This document shows positions 1 through 13,620 of a stretch of DNA of 60,567 nucleotides, in pieces. Below the pieces are notes generated by a model. The model searched no databases. It was not told the origin of the DNA and saw nothing but the letters and a program-made list of their open reading frames with translations. Origin of the DNA: Circinaria calcarea (Eukaryota); assembly GCA_051942165.1 (NCBI GenBank), contig JAVECS010000005.1:1-60567 (forward strand). The letters run 5' to 3'. The first letter of the stretch is position 1. Each line of letters opens with the position of its first letter. A program made the position numbers and the translations under genes.

Positions 1-490
1 ATATATCTCGACTCGTTTTTTAATATTAATATTAAATAATCGATATATCTTTATTATATTAAATAAAAAATTTATTTAAACGTAATTTAAAAATATTTCG
101 ATTTATTCGAATTAAAATTTTTTAATATAATATTAATGTTATTATAATAAAATAAAATTTAAAAAAGTATTGCACGAAGTGTAAAGTATTTTATAATTTA
201 TAAAAAAAATATTCTTCTAACGTGGGGAAGAACCGCGGGATATACTATAACGAATACGTTAATTTTCCCCGTTATTCCCTATATAGTAGGCGCAGCCTAC
301 GGTGTAATTATAATAAAAAAAATTTATATTATATTATTAATATATAATACCGGAGGCGGGAATATTATAATTATCCGTTTTTAATTCCTTCGTTCCGGCC
401 CTTAATTAATTTGAGTATAATATTTTAACTTTTATCTAAATTTAGCTGATCGTATATTCGACCGGGCCGTGTGTCGAAAATTTAATTCTT
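1..490. repeat. AT-rich, RIP-like degenerate block (probable relic repeat/transposon edge or RIP leakage)
   Basis: Very AT-rich with many TpA steps, few CpA/TpG and retained CpG; composition becomes ordinary genic DNA at about 490; no ORF. Confidence 0.65.
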
Positions 491-517
491 TTTCCGTATC
501 TCGTTGCAAGGCAAGCT

Positions 518-1794
518 ATGGATTCTACGGCAATTCAAGAATTAATCTCGTCTTATCACGAACTGAATAGTACCTTTGTTGATGAGTTGAATGGAGAACC
601 TAGTCCGCTTGAGTTTGCGAGATATATCGGGAAGAACCGTCCTTTTGTGGTGCGTGGAGGAATATCCCGTTGGCCTGCTGTACGGAAATGGAGCCTGCAG
701 TATCTTCGGGACGTCATGAAGGACCAGCCAGTAAAAGTTGCAATTACTCCTCATGGGTTTGTAAGGCGTTATCATGATTTAGAATTGCCGCAATTAACCC
801 TTGCTAGCAATGCGGACTCCGCTGCCAGGAGCCATTTAGATGAGTCCCTGTACTTTGTTAAACCACTAGAAGAAGATTACCCCTTCTGTGACTTTATAGA
901 GTATGTCCAGAAGCAAGAGCAGGAGCTTGACTTTGATGCCGATGTGAAGTATTCACAGTCTCGTAGGCAAGGATCAAAGCTCCCACTCCGCCATGACATG
1001 CTGACGGTAGGGTGAAGAGAATGACAATCTACGAGGCGAATATTCAGACTTATTTCAGGATGTGGAAGAAGACATTGCCTGGGCACGCATTGCCCTTGAC
1101 CGAAAACCAGAAGCCATAAATCTGTGGATTGGCAACTCGTGGAGTACCACCGCTTTGCATAGGGACAATTACGAGAACATATATTGCCAGGTAACGGGAT
1201 CGAAACACTTCGTGCTAGTGCCTCCGGTGGAATTTGCATGCATCAACGAGTGGAGATTGCGGCCTGCAAGGTATCAGGTACTATTCACATGGAACCGTCT
1301 CGGTGGGTTTGTCTAATGGCATTGCATGTAGCGAAGCACAGGTAATGGCCTTGTAGAGCCTATCGCGGAGAACAACAGTCGTAGCGGCCTTATCATTGTG
1401 CCCGATGGGAACGAAGAGGAGACTATCCCGTTTGCCGTCTGGGATCCTGATAGCCCGGGAGAGTATTCCACAAAGTTCTCCTACCTGAGTAAACCCATGC
1501 GTATCAGCTTGGCACCAGGCGATATGCTATATCTTCCAGCGTTATGGTGAGGGCATGTCTTGATTTATGAACAGACACTCACAAGACAGTAGGTATCACA
1601 AGGTATCCCAAACCTGTAACCCAGAAGGGCTTTGTTGCGCCGTTAACTATTGGTAAGTGCTCCCTGCGTTGCACCTTGTTTGCTAGCACTGACATAACCT
1701 GAGGTACGATATGGATTTCGATGGTCATATGTACTCCTCAGTCTCATTCATACGCAACGCAACCTTGCCTACCACAGATGTTCCTAAGGAATAG
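518..1794 (+). CDS. JmjC/Cupin_8 2OG-Fe(II) hydroxylase, JMJD7-like (about 6 exons)
   Basis: PSPLEFARYIGKNRPFVVRG, WPAVRKWS, NLWIGNSWSTTALHRDNYENIY (HxD), PGDMLYLPALW-YHKV and AVNYW-YDMDF, rebuilt across short introns (first intron 757-807); stop TAG 1792-1794. Confidence 0.9.
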
Positions 1795-1906
1795 GGGTAG
1801 TCGGGCTGTAATCTACATATTGAGTGAGGTTGACTTCCTTTTTGACTGCAATATGGAGGAACAGGAGACAAGTTGGGAAATTATCTCATCTTGTAAGAGA
1901 ATAGGC

Positions 1907-4602
1907 TTAATGGCGCTTCATGATGAGCCTTTTCTCGGCCCTCACATCCTTCTTCAGTCGAGCGTCCACAATCTTATACTTCCCTTTAACTCCTCGCGGA
2001 CGACCTGAAATACCGCGATTCCCTCCTCGAGCTACCACGACCTTGACTTGTCTCCTTGGTTTCTTTTTCGCAGCTACGCTCATCATTTTGGCAATATTTT
2101 GGGCTTTATCCTTCTCAGTCATGCCTTCTTCACTTGCTAGTAAGGCTGATTTTTTTCGTAGCTTTTCTAACCTCTGCGCTGCTTTGAATTTCTTACGGTC
2201 TTTGGCTTCCCGAACCTTTTTAATCGGCCTTGCATTGAGAACCCGTAACTTCTCCTTGATTGCCGCTGCACCGGCTGCTGAGATAGGTCGATGTGGTTTA
2301 CTATGCCTACCCTCGTCGTCTAGGAACCAATCTGGTAGTCCATCACGGTCCTGGAATGCGTACTTATTGTAGGCCTCATCCATGACGTCTCGAGTTGACC
2401 TCTCTCTGGTTGCGATCTGCTGAGCAAGCGTCATGGCTTCTGCAGTAATCATATCGATATCTGCAAATGTCAGACACAGCTATGTGCGCGAAACAGTACA
2501 GTTTCCCACTGCGTACCTAGATGACCATCTTGCCTTGTTTCAGCCTGTCTTTCCCACTCACTACCACCTCCGTTCCGTACTACTTCGAAGCAAGTTTCGT
2601 CATCTCCCGCAAGATTGTCAGGATGCTGATTCAGGATTCCACTGGCTTGGCGCTCTGAACCCCCAATTACGGCTTGACTTAGCAAGGGGGCTTTGTGGTG
2701 TTTGGATTTGGGTCCAAGGATCTTCGATAACTGCTTTGAAGTCTGAGGTGCAACGCTAACGGATGCTTCCCCATCCATGTGTATGGCGCTATCGTCGTCA
2801 TTCACTGCTTCCATACCGTCAATGTCCCGAAATATGTCTTGATCAAAGAACGACGATGCTCGTTTGGTAAGGCCACTATTTGATAGAACCAATTGGTTAC
2901 GAGTATGAACAAGGGAAGACAGAATAGGGCGCGCTTCGTCTTCCGAGGAACTATTCTCGTCCTCATCTAGTTCATCGGAAGCGCTTTGTTCATTCTCGGA
3001 AAAGCCAGCCCAATCACCATCATCATGTTCTCGGTGGGCCTTCTTCGCTCGAGTTGTGGCGTCGGAGTCGGACTTCTTCTGTTGATATCGTTCATATAGT
3101 GATTCTAACTCCCTGTCTAACCGATCTTCTTCTTCATCTGTCTCGTCTTCAGAACTCGATGAATGTATCTCGTTGTGGACTTCGTCACTCAGAATCATTC
3201 CTCCTCGTGCTATTTGTTCGGTTGCTCCTGCCCTTTCAAGGGCACTTAATGCAAAAACAGAATCTTCGCCTTTCGGGCCGGCCTGCTCTAGGCCAATCTC
3301 CGTTGGAGGCATCATATGCATTTGCATTCTGAGAATTTCCCGCTGCTTTCGCTCATTTTCCTTTCTCCTATCGCGCTTTTTCCGCGATGTTTCATTTTGA
3401 GCGAGGGTGTGTAATTCTTCTTGAATCCGAAGCTCTTCATCCATCGGAGTCACTTCGGCCACCTCTTGACCCTCCACTTCCCGATCATGTCTCTTTTTAA
3501 GCCCAAACCCGAACTTCTCCCGTGCCTTAAGCCGCCATCTAAGTAGCGCACGGAATTCTTTACGGCCGAGGACCTTTAAATCACTACAACACTGGCGAAT
3601 CTCAATTGTAGTTTCAGGTAACTGCTCTAGTACGGTAAGTGCTATGTCGCCATTCTGGTTCTGATCGAAGCTCAGCCTGTTCAATGAACCAAGCATGGCG
3701 ATAGGATCGGTGGTCTGGATGAACTCGCTTGCAGCGGCTTCTTTGAATTGAGTATAGTTCCCTTCCTCATAGCCATCTCTCTTTCGCTTTTTCACCTCTG
3801 GGTTGAACACTTTAGCTTCGTTGTTTGGAGTAGGGTCAGCTAGCTCTGCAAAGACAGACCGAGGGTCGAGAAACTTAGGGTCAATGCGCTTAGGTGCCTT
3901 GAATCCCCGACATACAACGAATATCTCGGCTGAAACATTCCTGGATGATGGAGGCTTGGTGGATTCGACTTTGTTGAACAGTTGATTAAAGACCCACAAC
4001 AGCGCATTGTAGTCCTTCGACCTAAAGACCTTGGTAACAAAGGTACCACCCTCCATTAAAAACTCCGTAGCGAGCTTCATGGCTTGTAGCACCAGCTCAG
4101 CTTGCGAAAAAGCATCTTGCACCCATGCAGTACCTACGTTGGGTGCACCGTCGTGAAGAACCGTGTCAGCTTTCCAGGTCTTGAGATACTGCCGTATCAT
4201 AGCGCGGCATTTATCTGTCGTAATATCATTTTGGAAGGTGACAGTTCTTGGTATGGGTTTGATTGGAGCCAGATCCACACCCACAATTAAGCTACCGATA
4301 GGCATTGTCTCCGCCGCTACTTGACACCATGACTGCGATTGTAAATGTTTTGCCTCCATGAGCTCAAGGGAAACATACTCCTGGCGCGGCGCACAAATCC
4401 AACAAGACCTTGCTCTTCTCCAGAAAGTTGTACTTTCTGTTAAGCTGGATCAGCTTGAAGGCTGCCCTAGCCCGATAACCTTTCTCTTTTGCGAGCCTGT
4501 ACCATTTGTCAAGCCGGCCCTTACCATGCTGTCATCTAGTCAGCAACCGCTTGTGGGCACTGCATAAAGGTACGGAGAGCTTGCCTTCTTTTGCATACCC
4601 AT
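1907..4602 (-). CDS. SPB1: AdoMet-dependent 25S rRNA 2'-O-methyltransferase Spb1 (4 exons)
   Basis: [62 protein letters not shown]-terminal [11 protein letters not shown]...[12 protein letters not shown]; first intron is GC-AG (4584-4529). Confidence 0.96.
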
Positions 4603-4987
4603 TTTCACTTCGACCAGCCGCGATCAGGCTCGGTACGATCGCTGTATTATGTTTGAAGGGACTTTATTGAGAGAATAGATCTAGATAGACCTACGAAAAT
4701 AAACTTATCAAACGTACTGACGGCAAGATTTTCCTTCCGTCGCTTGAGGGTCGTAATAATACACCCGAGACACCGGTTCCGCCGGAGGAAAGAAGCCTTT
4801 CGGGCCGTGGGTGGCGGCGTCCGATAATTGGATAGATGTTCGCATCTTGAACTACTGTGGTAGAACACGACCACACATGACGCCTGGTCATCAATGAATG
4901 ATAGTGTACCACACTTTCAGTTGGCGTTAACTCCCGTAAAAGTATGACCTTGCTGTAGAAACCCTACTTTCTCTCATTCTCCCACTC

Positions 4988-7863
4988 ATGGGCCCTCGCA
5001 AGAAAGCAAAGCCAAATCCCAAGGCAGATGTTCAGCCTTCTCCAAATGCGCGTCAGCCATCGGCAGCAGCTATACCGCTACCTACAGATCGAGAGCCCGA
5101 ATCTGGGCTCAAGGAGGCTACAGGATGCCCTGATGGCCAGAATGGCTGTCCTGTCATTTCCACACCACCGAACGGTAGCAAGGGAACTGGTGCCAAACCA
5201 ATCGTCGCAGACTCCGGATCAGATATTGTCAAAACAACAGTGGAGAAAGACACAACCCGGGCAAGGAAGAGCTGGTACGGTGGAACGTGGCCTCGTATCC
5301 AAAAGGTAGCCCCTATCACACAGATTGCGAAGGAGAGTATTTCAGCTGCCACTGAAGTTGCCTCCGAGACTGTCGCATCTGCACGAAAGCTCACATCGCG
5401 AGAGACTGTAACCCCTGTCAGGTCGCCGTCGCTTCACTTATCGCAGAGCATGTCAAATCCTACTCGATCGCTACCACTTTCTGCGACCATAACCAAGGTA
5501 AATGCGTCCTCTAGCTTGCTGGGTCGGTCGCCCAATGAGAGTAATACAAAGTCACAAGACTCCCACAAAGCGGCGCCAAGTCTCCTTGATGGGAAGAGGC
5601 GAAATAGTCAAATTAAGGTCAGTGATGACTCCATCAAGTCCAGCGATCGGGTAGTACATGAAGTCAAGGACGCAACACCCGGTATATTAACGGCGGACAC
5701 CCAAAGTGTATCCTATGCACCATCCTTGGAAATTGCATCAAGTTGGCTTGGTTGGTTTTCTCGGGGCGAAAATACGCACAATCAGCCTCCTAATTCACTA
5801 GATGTGGTTGGAGGACCATCGGACAGCTATGAAGCTACAGAAGCTGAACCGATAAAACCTAATCCAAAGGATCGCGAACTCATAAGGAATACACGCCAAA
5901 GTTTACGCCGGAAATCAGATCCCAATCCCGTCGCTGCAGGGGCTCAGCCAAATCAGCAGCGGCGCTCTTGGATTGGCAGTTTTTGGGGCATTCCTGCTTC
6001 ATCAACCGAAGCCGGCAAAGTAGAAGATAGATGCGAGTCTATTTCGAATACCTTTTCAAGAAGCTCCGCAGGTTCAGATCTCCATTCAGCATATTCGTCG
6101 AACAATCTGAAGACCCTAACAAAAAGCCCTGGTGGGAAGATCCCCGAAGAAGCCAACACAGCGCTTTCCTCTGGCTGGGCTTTCTGGTCTCGTAGCGCTC
6201 AACAGACTAGCAACAAGGCTAACACTTTTGAACCGATTGTTGGTGAGCTAGCTGTTGCAGGATCTCCTTCACAGTCGAAGCCAGAGGATGCAACAGTTGA
6301 TAGGGTGAAGGGACTGCCTAAAGCTGCAGACAAAACCGGGAAAAGCATAAGACCGTCCTCCAGAGATGCCCAGGACCTTTCCAAGGAGTCAGACTCTATT
6401 ACAGCGAGGTCCAATAATGGTGTAGCTGTAGCAGCGTCCATTCCTGCTTCTTCAAAATTACCCAGGGCAGCGAGCTCTCAAACATCGCATGCTACGCGTA
6501 GTAATCTGTTACTCCCAGCCTTCAGACAGACATATCACGTCCACGAAAGTCCAGGGTTCTTCCAACAGCTTGGCCACTATCTGAACTACGGAAAGCTTCC
6601 CTTACCAAAACATGTTAGCTTAGTTCGAAATCCGCCAAGAATTAAGACTGCCCTTGCAATCGGCGTACATGGATATTTTCCTGCGCCCTTGATCCGGTCG
6701 GTACTTGGACAGCCCACGGGTACCTCTATTAAATTTGCAGAGTCAGCTGCAAACGCGATTCAACAATGGACCCAGGAACGTGGCTATTCTTGTAGTATTG
6801 AGAAGATAGCTTTGGAAGGGGAAGGAAAAATAGAAGAACGTGTTAAGCTCTTGTGGACACTGATCCTCAATTGGTTAGAAGACATCAGGAAAGCAGATTT
6901 AATTCTCGTTGCATGTCATTCCCAAGGTGTCCCTGTAGCTATGATGCTGATTTCAAAGCTCATCGCGCTCGGCTGCGTCAATGGAGCACGCATTGGTGTT
7001 TGTGCTATGGCAGGCGTAAACATGGGCCCCTTTGCATCTTACCAATCTCGCTGGATATCGGGTTCTGCGGGTGAGCTGTTTGACTTTGCGCGGCCTGATA
7101 GTAAGGTTTCGAAAGACTACGAAGCTGCCTTATCCACTGCATTGAGTTTCGGAGTCAGAGTAGTATATGTCGGCAGTATTGACGATCAACTAGTATCCCT
7201 CGAGGCATGTTGTTCAAATAGCACAATGCCCTAAGAGCAAGATACTGACTTCGTTGATCATTTATAGTCGTCTACATTTGGGGTTGCCAATCACCCTTAC
7301 ATCTATAGGGCTGTTTTTGTAGATGGCAGGATACACTCGCCTGACTTGTGCGTACCAGAAGTGGATTCAATACCTAGGTTTCCATAGATGCTGACATTAC
7401 GTTTAGTCTCACTCATTTAGTGGCATTTGCGTTGAAGCTTCGCAACCTCGGGGTATCTGACCATGGTCTCATAAGGGAGCTGAGTATCCCACTGTCAGGC
7501 TCACTGTTCTCGGGGGAAGGGCATTCCAGGATCTACGAAGACTCCGCGGTGTACTAGTGAGCGATATGCTCTGTTTGGGTATCCCTGGCTAACAGTAGCA
7601 GTCTAGCCGTGGAGTATGCTTTAGAGACTACATCTCTCGGTCAGGTAATCCCTTTACAGATGACCACAATCCCAAATACCGCCTCGCATAACCCTTACAT
7701 ACTCCCATTTGCTGCTCGGGGGGTAATCGAAGAACCGTACGTTAAAAATGAACTACACGATGAAACCGTCGAGCTGTTGAAACAATTCGACGACTGGAGA
7801 CCAACCAATAAACTACTGAAAGATGTCAAATTTCGGCTAGAGGGCGTTCGATCTAAACTATAG
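4988..7863 (+). CDS. YML020W-like conserved fungal protein (long disordered N-terminus, C-terminal alpha/beta-hydrolase-like domain)
   Basis: AIGVHGYFP, GQPTGTSIKFA, IALEGEGKIEER, ACHSQGVPV (nucleophile-elbow-like), GSIDDQLVSLE; continues through 3 introns to NPYILPF...WRPTNKLLKDVKFRLE. Confidence 0.85.
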
Positions 7864-8572
7864 ATGATGTGTTTCGAGGGTGTGTACGTTGAGCTTCACG
7901 GCTGCATAGAGCATCTAGAGTGACTAGAAGCATATTTCGCATGGATGGCGCGATCACTGGCTTTGTGGCCTCACATATGCTCCAATAATATGGGAAGGGT
8001 GTTCCGCTGGCGCTCATGCAGACGAGGTCTTAAAGTGCGACCATCATATAACAATTTTACGGTTCATGGAAACAGTGCTAGTGGACTTCCATTCACTTAT
8101 ATGCGACAGAGACGGCACTCCCAGCCCAGCCCATCCGCTTCTCGCCCAGAAACTTTATGCCAAACGAACAGTCTTTCTCTTTTTTTCAGTCTGCCAGCGA
8201 TACCTAAAGCTGTTCATGTATAAATGTGCCCTATACCTACTTGACTGTTCCGTGGTAAGTCATGGAAAGTCGTCTGTGAGATATCAGCAGTGCCGGGAAA
8301 TTCTGGAGGCTCTTCGGGGCCTCGGCGGAGCTTGCCTACCTACAGTAAGCTTCCTCCTCCGGGCTCCGTAGTAAGTGGGCGGTCCTCGTACTACGCGCTT
8401 GTTCGCTTGCAGTAGCAAATCAGCAGCTGGCCGTTGAACGATGGTCATCTCAACATCGACACTCGAAATCTCTTCTTTTATTGCGTATATTCCCCTTGCC
8501 GCTATTCCTCTTTGTGCACCACCCTCACTTCATCACGGCAATGTGTATTTCATTCCTATGTAACAATACATT

Positions 8573-10118
8573 ATGAGCTTCTTTGGCTTCTTACAGAAAC
8601 CAGGCTCGAAGCTTATCAAACCACAGCCACTACAGATCAGGAGAGAGATTACCGTTACTGAAGTCCTCCCTGCTCGTAGCACTCTAGTGCCTAGCTCGCA
8701 ACGACAGAATGGCCGTCGATCTACCCCAGGCAACCACGCGACAAAGCATGAATATACTGATGCAAATCCCCAATCGTCGCGAAGCAAGGCAGCAAGGAAA
8801 CGAGCTACTCCTGAGCAGGCGCAAAAACTGAGCAGTGACGGCAGCGAATCAGATACGGATGTGAACGCTCCTCCCAAGAAGCTGAGATCGGACCATAGCC
8901 AAGAACCAGACTGGAATCGTCGAGTCCGCTCCCGCGAGGCCTTTGTTGAAGGCAATAACTGCATCTTCCCCATGGTTCATGCCGCCGATATATCGTTGCC
9001 AAACACCTATATCAAGTTCGTTCCAGCATTTGTAGGGTTATCAGAAGGGGCTGAAATATCTCTCCAGTATCCTTCATTCTCCCTTAGAGAACGGTAGGGA
9101 TCAGGACTTCCTTAGACCACGTATCTGATACTAACATTGTGAAAGATACCTCCTTGTGCAACCAGAACATGGTAACGACGATTTCAAACCCCTCGAAGAC
9201 ATTATTGAAGTCATGCATAAGATCGCCGAGCACTATCTTCCACAAGAAGAACGAGAAAGATTCGATAATGAAAATTCCGGCTTTCCTCAGAGGTTATCCC
9301 GTGCAATCAAACGGGAATCGGAAAAGGAATTCAGGACTACTATAAATGAATGGAACAATGATTTAATAAAACTTCGAGACGATGGGACGATTGCCCAAGT
9401 TCTTGACAAACACAGAGGTCTTGATTCCAGCCTGGTAGAACGTATTCTGACGCAAACTTATTCTCGTACCGTCTCGCCCCGTGTGAGTTCGTTACGAGAG
9501 TATGAAAACGGCACCGATAATGTCTACGGAGAACTTCTACCTAAGTTCATATCCATGGTTCTGAAGGACACCCGGCTCAGGTCCGACCAAATTTTTGTTG
9601 ATCTGGGATCTGGTGTTGGCAACGTTGTACTCCAGGCCGCACTTGAGATTGGTTGTGAAAGCTGGGGCTGCGAGATGATGAAGAATGCATGCGACCTTGC
9701 GGATCTCCAACGAGAGGAGTTCAAAGCTCGTTGTCGACTATGGGGACTTGCCGTGGGGAACATTAATCTTGAACGAGGTGACTTTCTCACCAACGGACCG
9801 ATCGGCAGAATTCTGCAAAAGGCCGACGTGGTACTAGTGAACAACCAGGCATTCACCCCCGAACTGAATGAAGGTCTCATTAGAATGTTCTTAGATCTAA
9901 AGGAGGGCTGCCGCATTGTTTCATTAAAATCATTTGTTCCTGCCAGTCACAAAATCACAGCTCGAAACCTGAACTCGCCATACAACGTACTCCGAGTGGA
10001 GGAGAAGGAGTACTTTTCAGGTTGTGTGAGCTGGACAAATGCGCCAGGGACTTATTACGTGTCCACGAAAGACACGAGACAACTTAGAGCTTTCGTTTCT
10101 CGAAATAAAAGACATTAG
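8573..10118 (+). CDS. DOT1: Histone H3K79 methyltransferase Dot1 (2 exons)
   Basis: [43 protein letters not shown] motifs; intron about 9094-9145. Confidence 0.95.
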
Positions 10119-10312
10119 TTATTTACGAATGCAGACGCTGGGGAGGAAACTTCCTTGACGTGAGATTCAAACCCTTAGTCCCGAGCCTAATTTTTCGTAT
10201 CCGTTTGATTGAATATCTAACGCACCGAGCATATTCGGAGTCGAGATAAGAAAGTTCGCAATACCAAAGCGCATTGCAGATTGAGCAGATAGACATTGTA
10301 CACTAGAATGAC

Positions 10313-11027
10313 CTAAGAAAACTTGGATGCAATGTTCATTGCCTCCGCCTCCTCGCCCATACGAGCCATCCATCTATCCACCAACTCCTTGTTCTCAGCC
10401 TTTAATGTCTGACTCTGTGCTTCTGCCATATTTAGCTGGAGCGTCAAAGACACAGTCTCGTCGTGGACATGCTGTGAAAGTGTCAGCTCTCCCTTGGTTG
10501 GTCAGATATGGTAGGCAAGGAGACACACCTCGAGAAGTTTGGCCTTACCCCGTAGCTCTTCATCTCTGTCCTTCAGCCTCGTACTCAGAACTTGCCTCTC
10601 GCCATGAAGCTCGATGACCTGCTTGTCAAGTGTCCTTAACCTTGACTGTAGTCTTTTCACTACTTCGGTCGCTTCTATGAGGCGTGCCTGCAGCTCCCCC
10701 CGGCTACGTTGAGCTTCGGTCAGGTCGTCACGAATCTTTTCAATGATGCCCGGCACTAAAGGGCCTGGAGAACTTAATTCTTCTCTGACGGGCTTTTGCT
10801 GGTCCCGAAATGGCACTGCTATTATTTCCTGAACCGCAAAGGTATCCTGGTGGGCCGCCCTGTCAGCTAATTTGGCGTCTGGTGTACATTTATTAGCGCT
10901 CGACCCATTGCAAAAGACAAGCCTGTTCTGTCTGCAACATACAAGACTGGTAAAGCCCTTGGTCAACCTTCTCCTTACGATCACGAACTTGCAAAGAGGC
11001 GATATACTCATTGCGCCAGGAATTCAT
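10313..11027 (-). CDS. ATG16: Autophagy protein Atg16 (3 exons)
   Basis: Spliced [20 protein letters not shown] (Atg5-binding helix-like), coiled coil DLTEAQRSR...[33 protein letters not shown]...[21 protein letters not shown]. Confidence 0.92.
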
Positions 11028-11519
11028 TGCTTGCTATCTTCTCACCGCCTTGTTCTCCCGTCCTGTTCCATTATAAGGATGGAAGCCCTTGGATCGACCG
11101 ATGCCGAGGTCAAGTCGTAGATGGTTAGAATGCCGTCTTCGTATCCCCCGTGTGATACGGAGAGTCATCTGGGATGTCGAGCTCAGGAGCTTCCCATGCT
11201 GGTGCAATTTGCACTCTGGGTATCCCCGCGATGCAAGATCGGGCAGGGATGTTTAGCGCGTGGCTCAAGCACAATTGTTTCCAGTACCGAAGGCTTGACG
11301 CTCAACCCTCCAAGCTCATGGCAACAGCAGTCCTCCATACAAAGAAGAGTTTTATATTGGTTTTCGGGTTCGTCATCGCCCATCTCCCGTCGGACTGCAG
11401 CGGTTTCGGTCCGCAGTAACATTATCCAACAGTCCAGCGTGCAACCATACAGAGCAGCTCGACCCGCAGACCGAACAGATCCATCTGTAAGACTTGCTAC
11501 TAGATAAAACCTGGGCACA

Positions 11520-12423
11520 ATGGCATCAAGAAAGAAGGTCCTACTCAAGGTTTAGAACATAATATCAGTCTACTTGGTGTAGGATGTCTAAATTGCTGAC
11601 CATTGCTCAAATGCAGGTTATCATTCTCGGTGACAGTGGAGTGGGCAAGACAAGCTTAATGAACCAATATGTTCGTCAGCCATCCAGAACCCGCCCCATC
11701 GAACGCGTATTTGATACTAAGCCGTTTCTAGGTCAACAAGAAGTTCAGTGCAAGCTACAAAGCAACGATCGGCGCCGACTTTCTCACCAAAGAAGTCCTC
11801 GTAGACGACCGGCTTGTAACAATGCAGGTCAGGAAATAGTCAATGAGGGTAACCAGACTCAAGCTGACTATTTTGAAGTTATGGGATACCGCCGGACAAG
11901 AACGTTTTCAGTCACTAGGGGTGGCATTTTACCGTGGAGCCGATTGCTGTGTACTCGTTTACGATGTTAACAATTCTAAGAGTTTCGACACATTGGACAG
12001 TTGGCGGGACGAGTTTTTGATACAAGCGAGTCCTCGTGACCCAGAAAGCTTTCCATTCGTAAGATAGGCAGTATCTCTTTTCTTCGGATCTCTGTGCTGA
12101 ACGTCGCATAGGTTGTGTTAGGCAACAAAATAGATGTGGAAGAGAATAAAAGGATGATATCATCTAAGAGGGCCATGACCTTCTGCCAATCGAAGGGAGG
12201 TATTCCATACTTTGAGACCAGCGCCAAGGAAGCTGTGAACGTAGAGCAGGCCTTTGAAGGTTGGACCTCTTTCTCTTTTGTCTATGTATCGTCACATGTT
12301 AACCATCCGGAAGTGATTGCTAGAAACGCTTTGGCACAAGAAGAGTCGGAGGAGTTCAGTGGGGACTTTTCAGATCCGATAGACATCCATTTGGATAAGG
12401 AGCGAGACGGCTGTTCCTGTTAA
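11520..12423 (+). CDS. YPT7: Rab7/Ypt7 small GTPase (6 exons)
   Basis: [63 protein letters not shown]-terminal CSC prenylation motif. Confidence 0.97.
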
Positions 12424-12759
12424 ATCGGAGTATGTCTATGCGCCGTCAAGCTCCATTTCTGTTACGTCTCTCGTGTATAGCGCATGCGTTCGAGGTTACT
12501 TCTATGTGTCTAACATTCCCTGAATAGAGATGATGCATGGGAGGAGTTGAGTACATTAATTCAAAGGATTTGACTCCTTCGGCGTCCTTTATCTGGCTAC
12601 TTCAGGTTATGTTTCCTTCTACTAGCAATGCAAATATGAAAACTACAAACTGTCGAAGTTGGAGAGGTATACATAACTGACAGGAGGTGCAGTTCATCTC
12701 AAGTAACAGCCTTCGAATGGGAGGAAAGTAAATAAAGACTAGGTGCAAACTTAGCCTCA

Positions 12760-13620
12760 CGGTCCTCTCTACTCTCTAGGCTGTTCTCTCACCGGATGAT
12801 GTTCTGTAGTAGGGGCGGTGCTTATTCTCGCAAGTCGTAACGGCCTCGAGGGTTGCTTCTGCTATCGCTGCGGCTCGTGTCACAAGACACGCTATTTGTT
12901 GGCTACGGTGCGTCTATCCTAGATGAGAGAACCGGTATAGGTGGGCACGAGCTAGAAGAGCTACATACACTTCCTTTTGTACTCTTTGCTCAGGTGAAAT
13001 TGAATGAGACTTATAACATTTCGATATATCTGATGCGTTTCAACTTTGCTGAACTACGTTGCTCGTCATTGGTCTCCCTCTATTACTAGGATAACACTCT
13101 CATCATCAATCCATCCATTCTCGAGAATTCTACTCTACTTGTCTTTTTGAAGAATCGCCATCTTCATCTTCATCCGCATTCCAATTTTTGTCTTAAGTTA
13201 TAATTCCCACAAATCAACGGAGGCGACTGACAAAATATCCTATTCTTATCTTTGTATTTCACGTCTGCCGTCGTCTGCGGACGAAGCAATACCTCAAAAT
13301 TCGCAGTATACTCCCTTTGCCCCGGTACTTGTTTCTCCATAGCTACCAGTAGCTTGCTTGGCGCCCTTTGAATGGATGTTACCCCTGTTTTCGAGTGAAG
13401 AAATCTCGCTACTTGGGCTAGAGAACCTAACAAGGCTTTCAGAAAAGCTTCCAGGTATGCGTTGAAGCAAAGCAAGGAGGCATTGTTCTGAGATAGCCCT
13501 ACGCTGGCGTCTGCGAACAGGTCGCAAGCGGAGAGATGGCCTTTATCAGCAGTTGAACCCGGGGAGTCCCGTCTGTGCGGGGCTAGAAGTGGGAATGTAA
13601 GGGAAAGCTGGAGACGAGCG
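12760..13620 (-). pseudogene. Possible decayed coding sequence (fragmented frames)
   Basis: Coding-like pieces in alternating frames (..FEVLLRPQTT..NYNLRQK, ADEDEDGDSSKRQ, GRYDLR..NKHRPYY) broken by stops and frameshifts; no family recognised. Confidence 0.25.
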
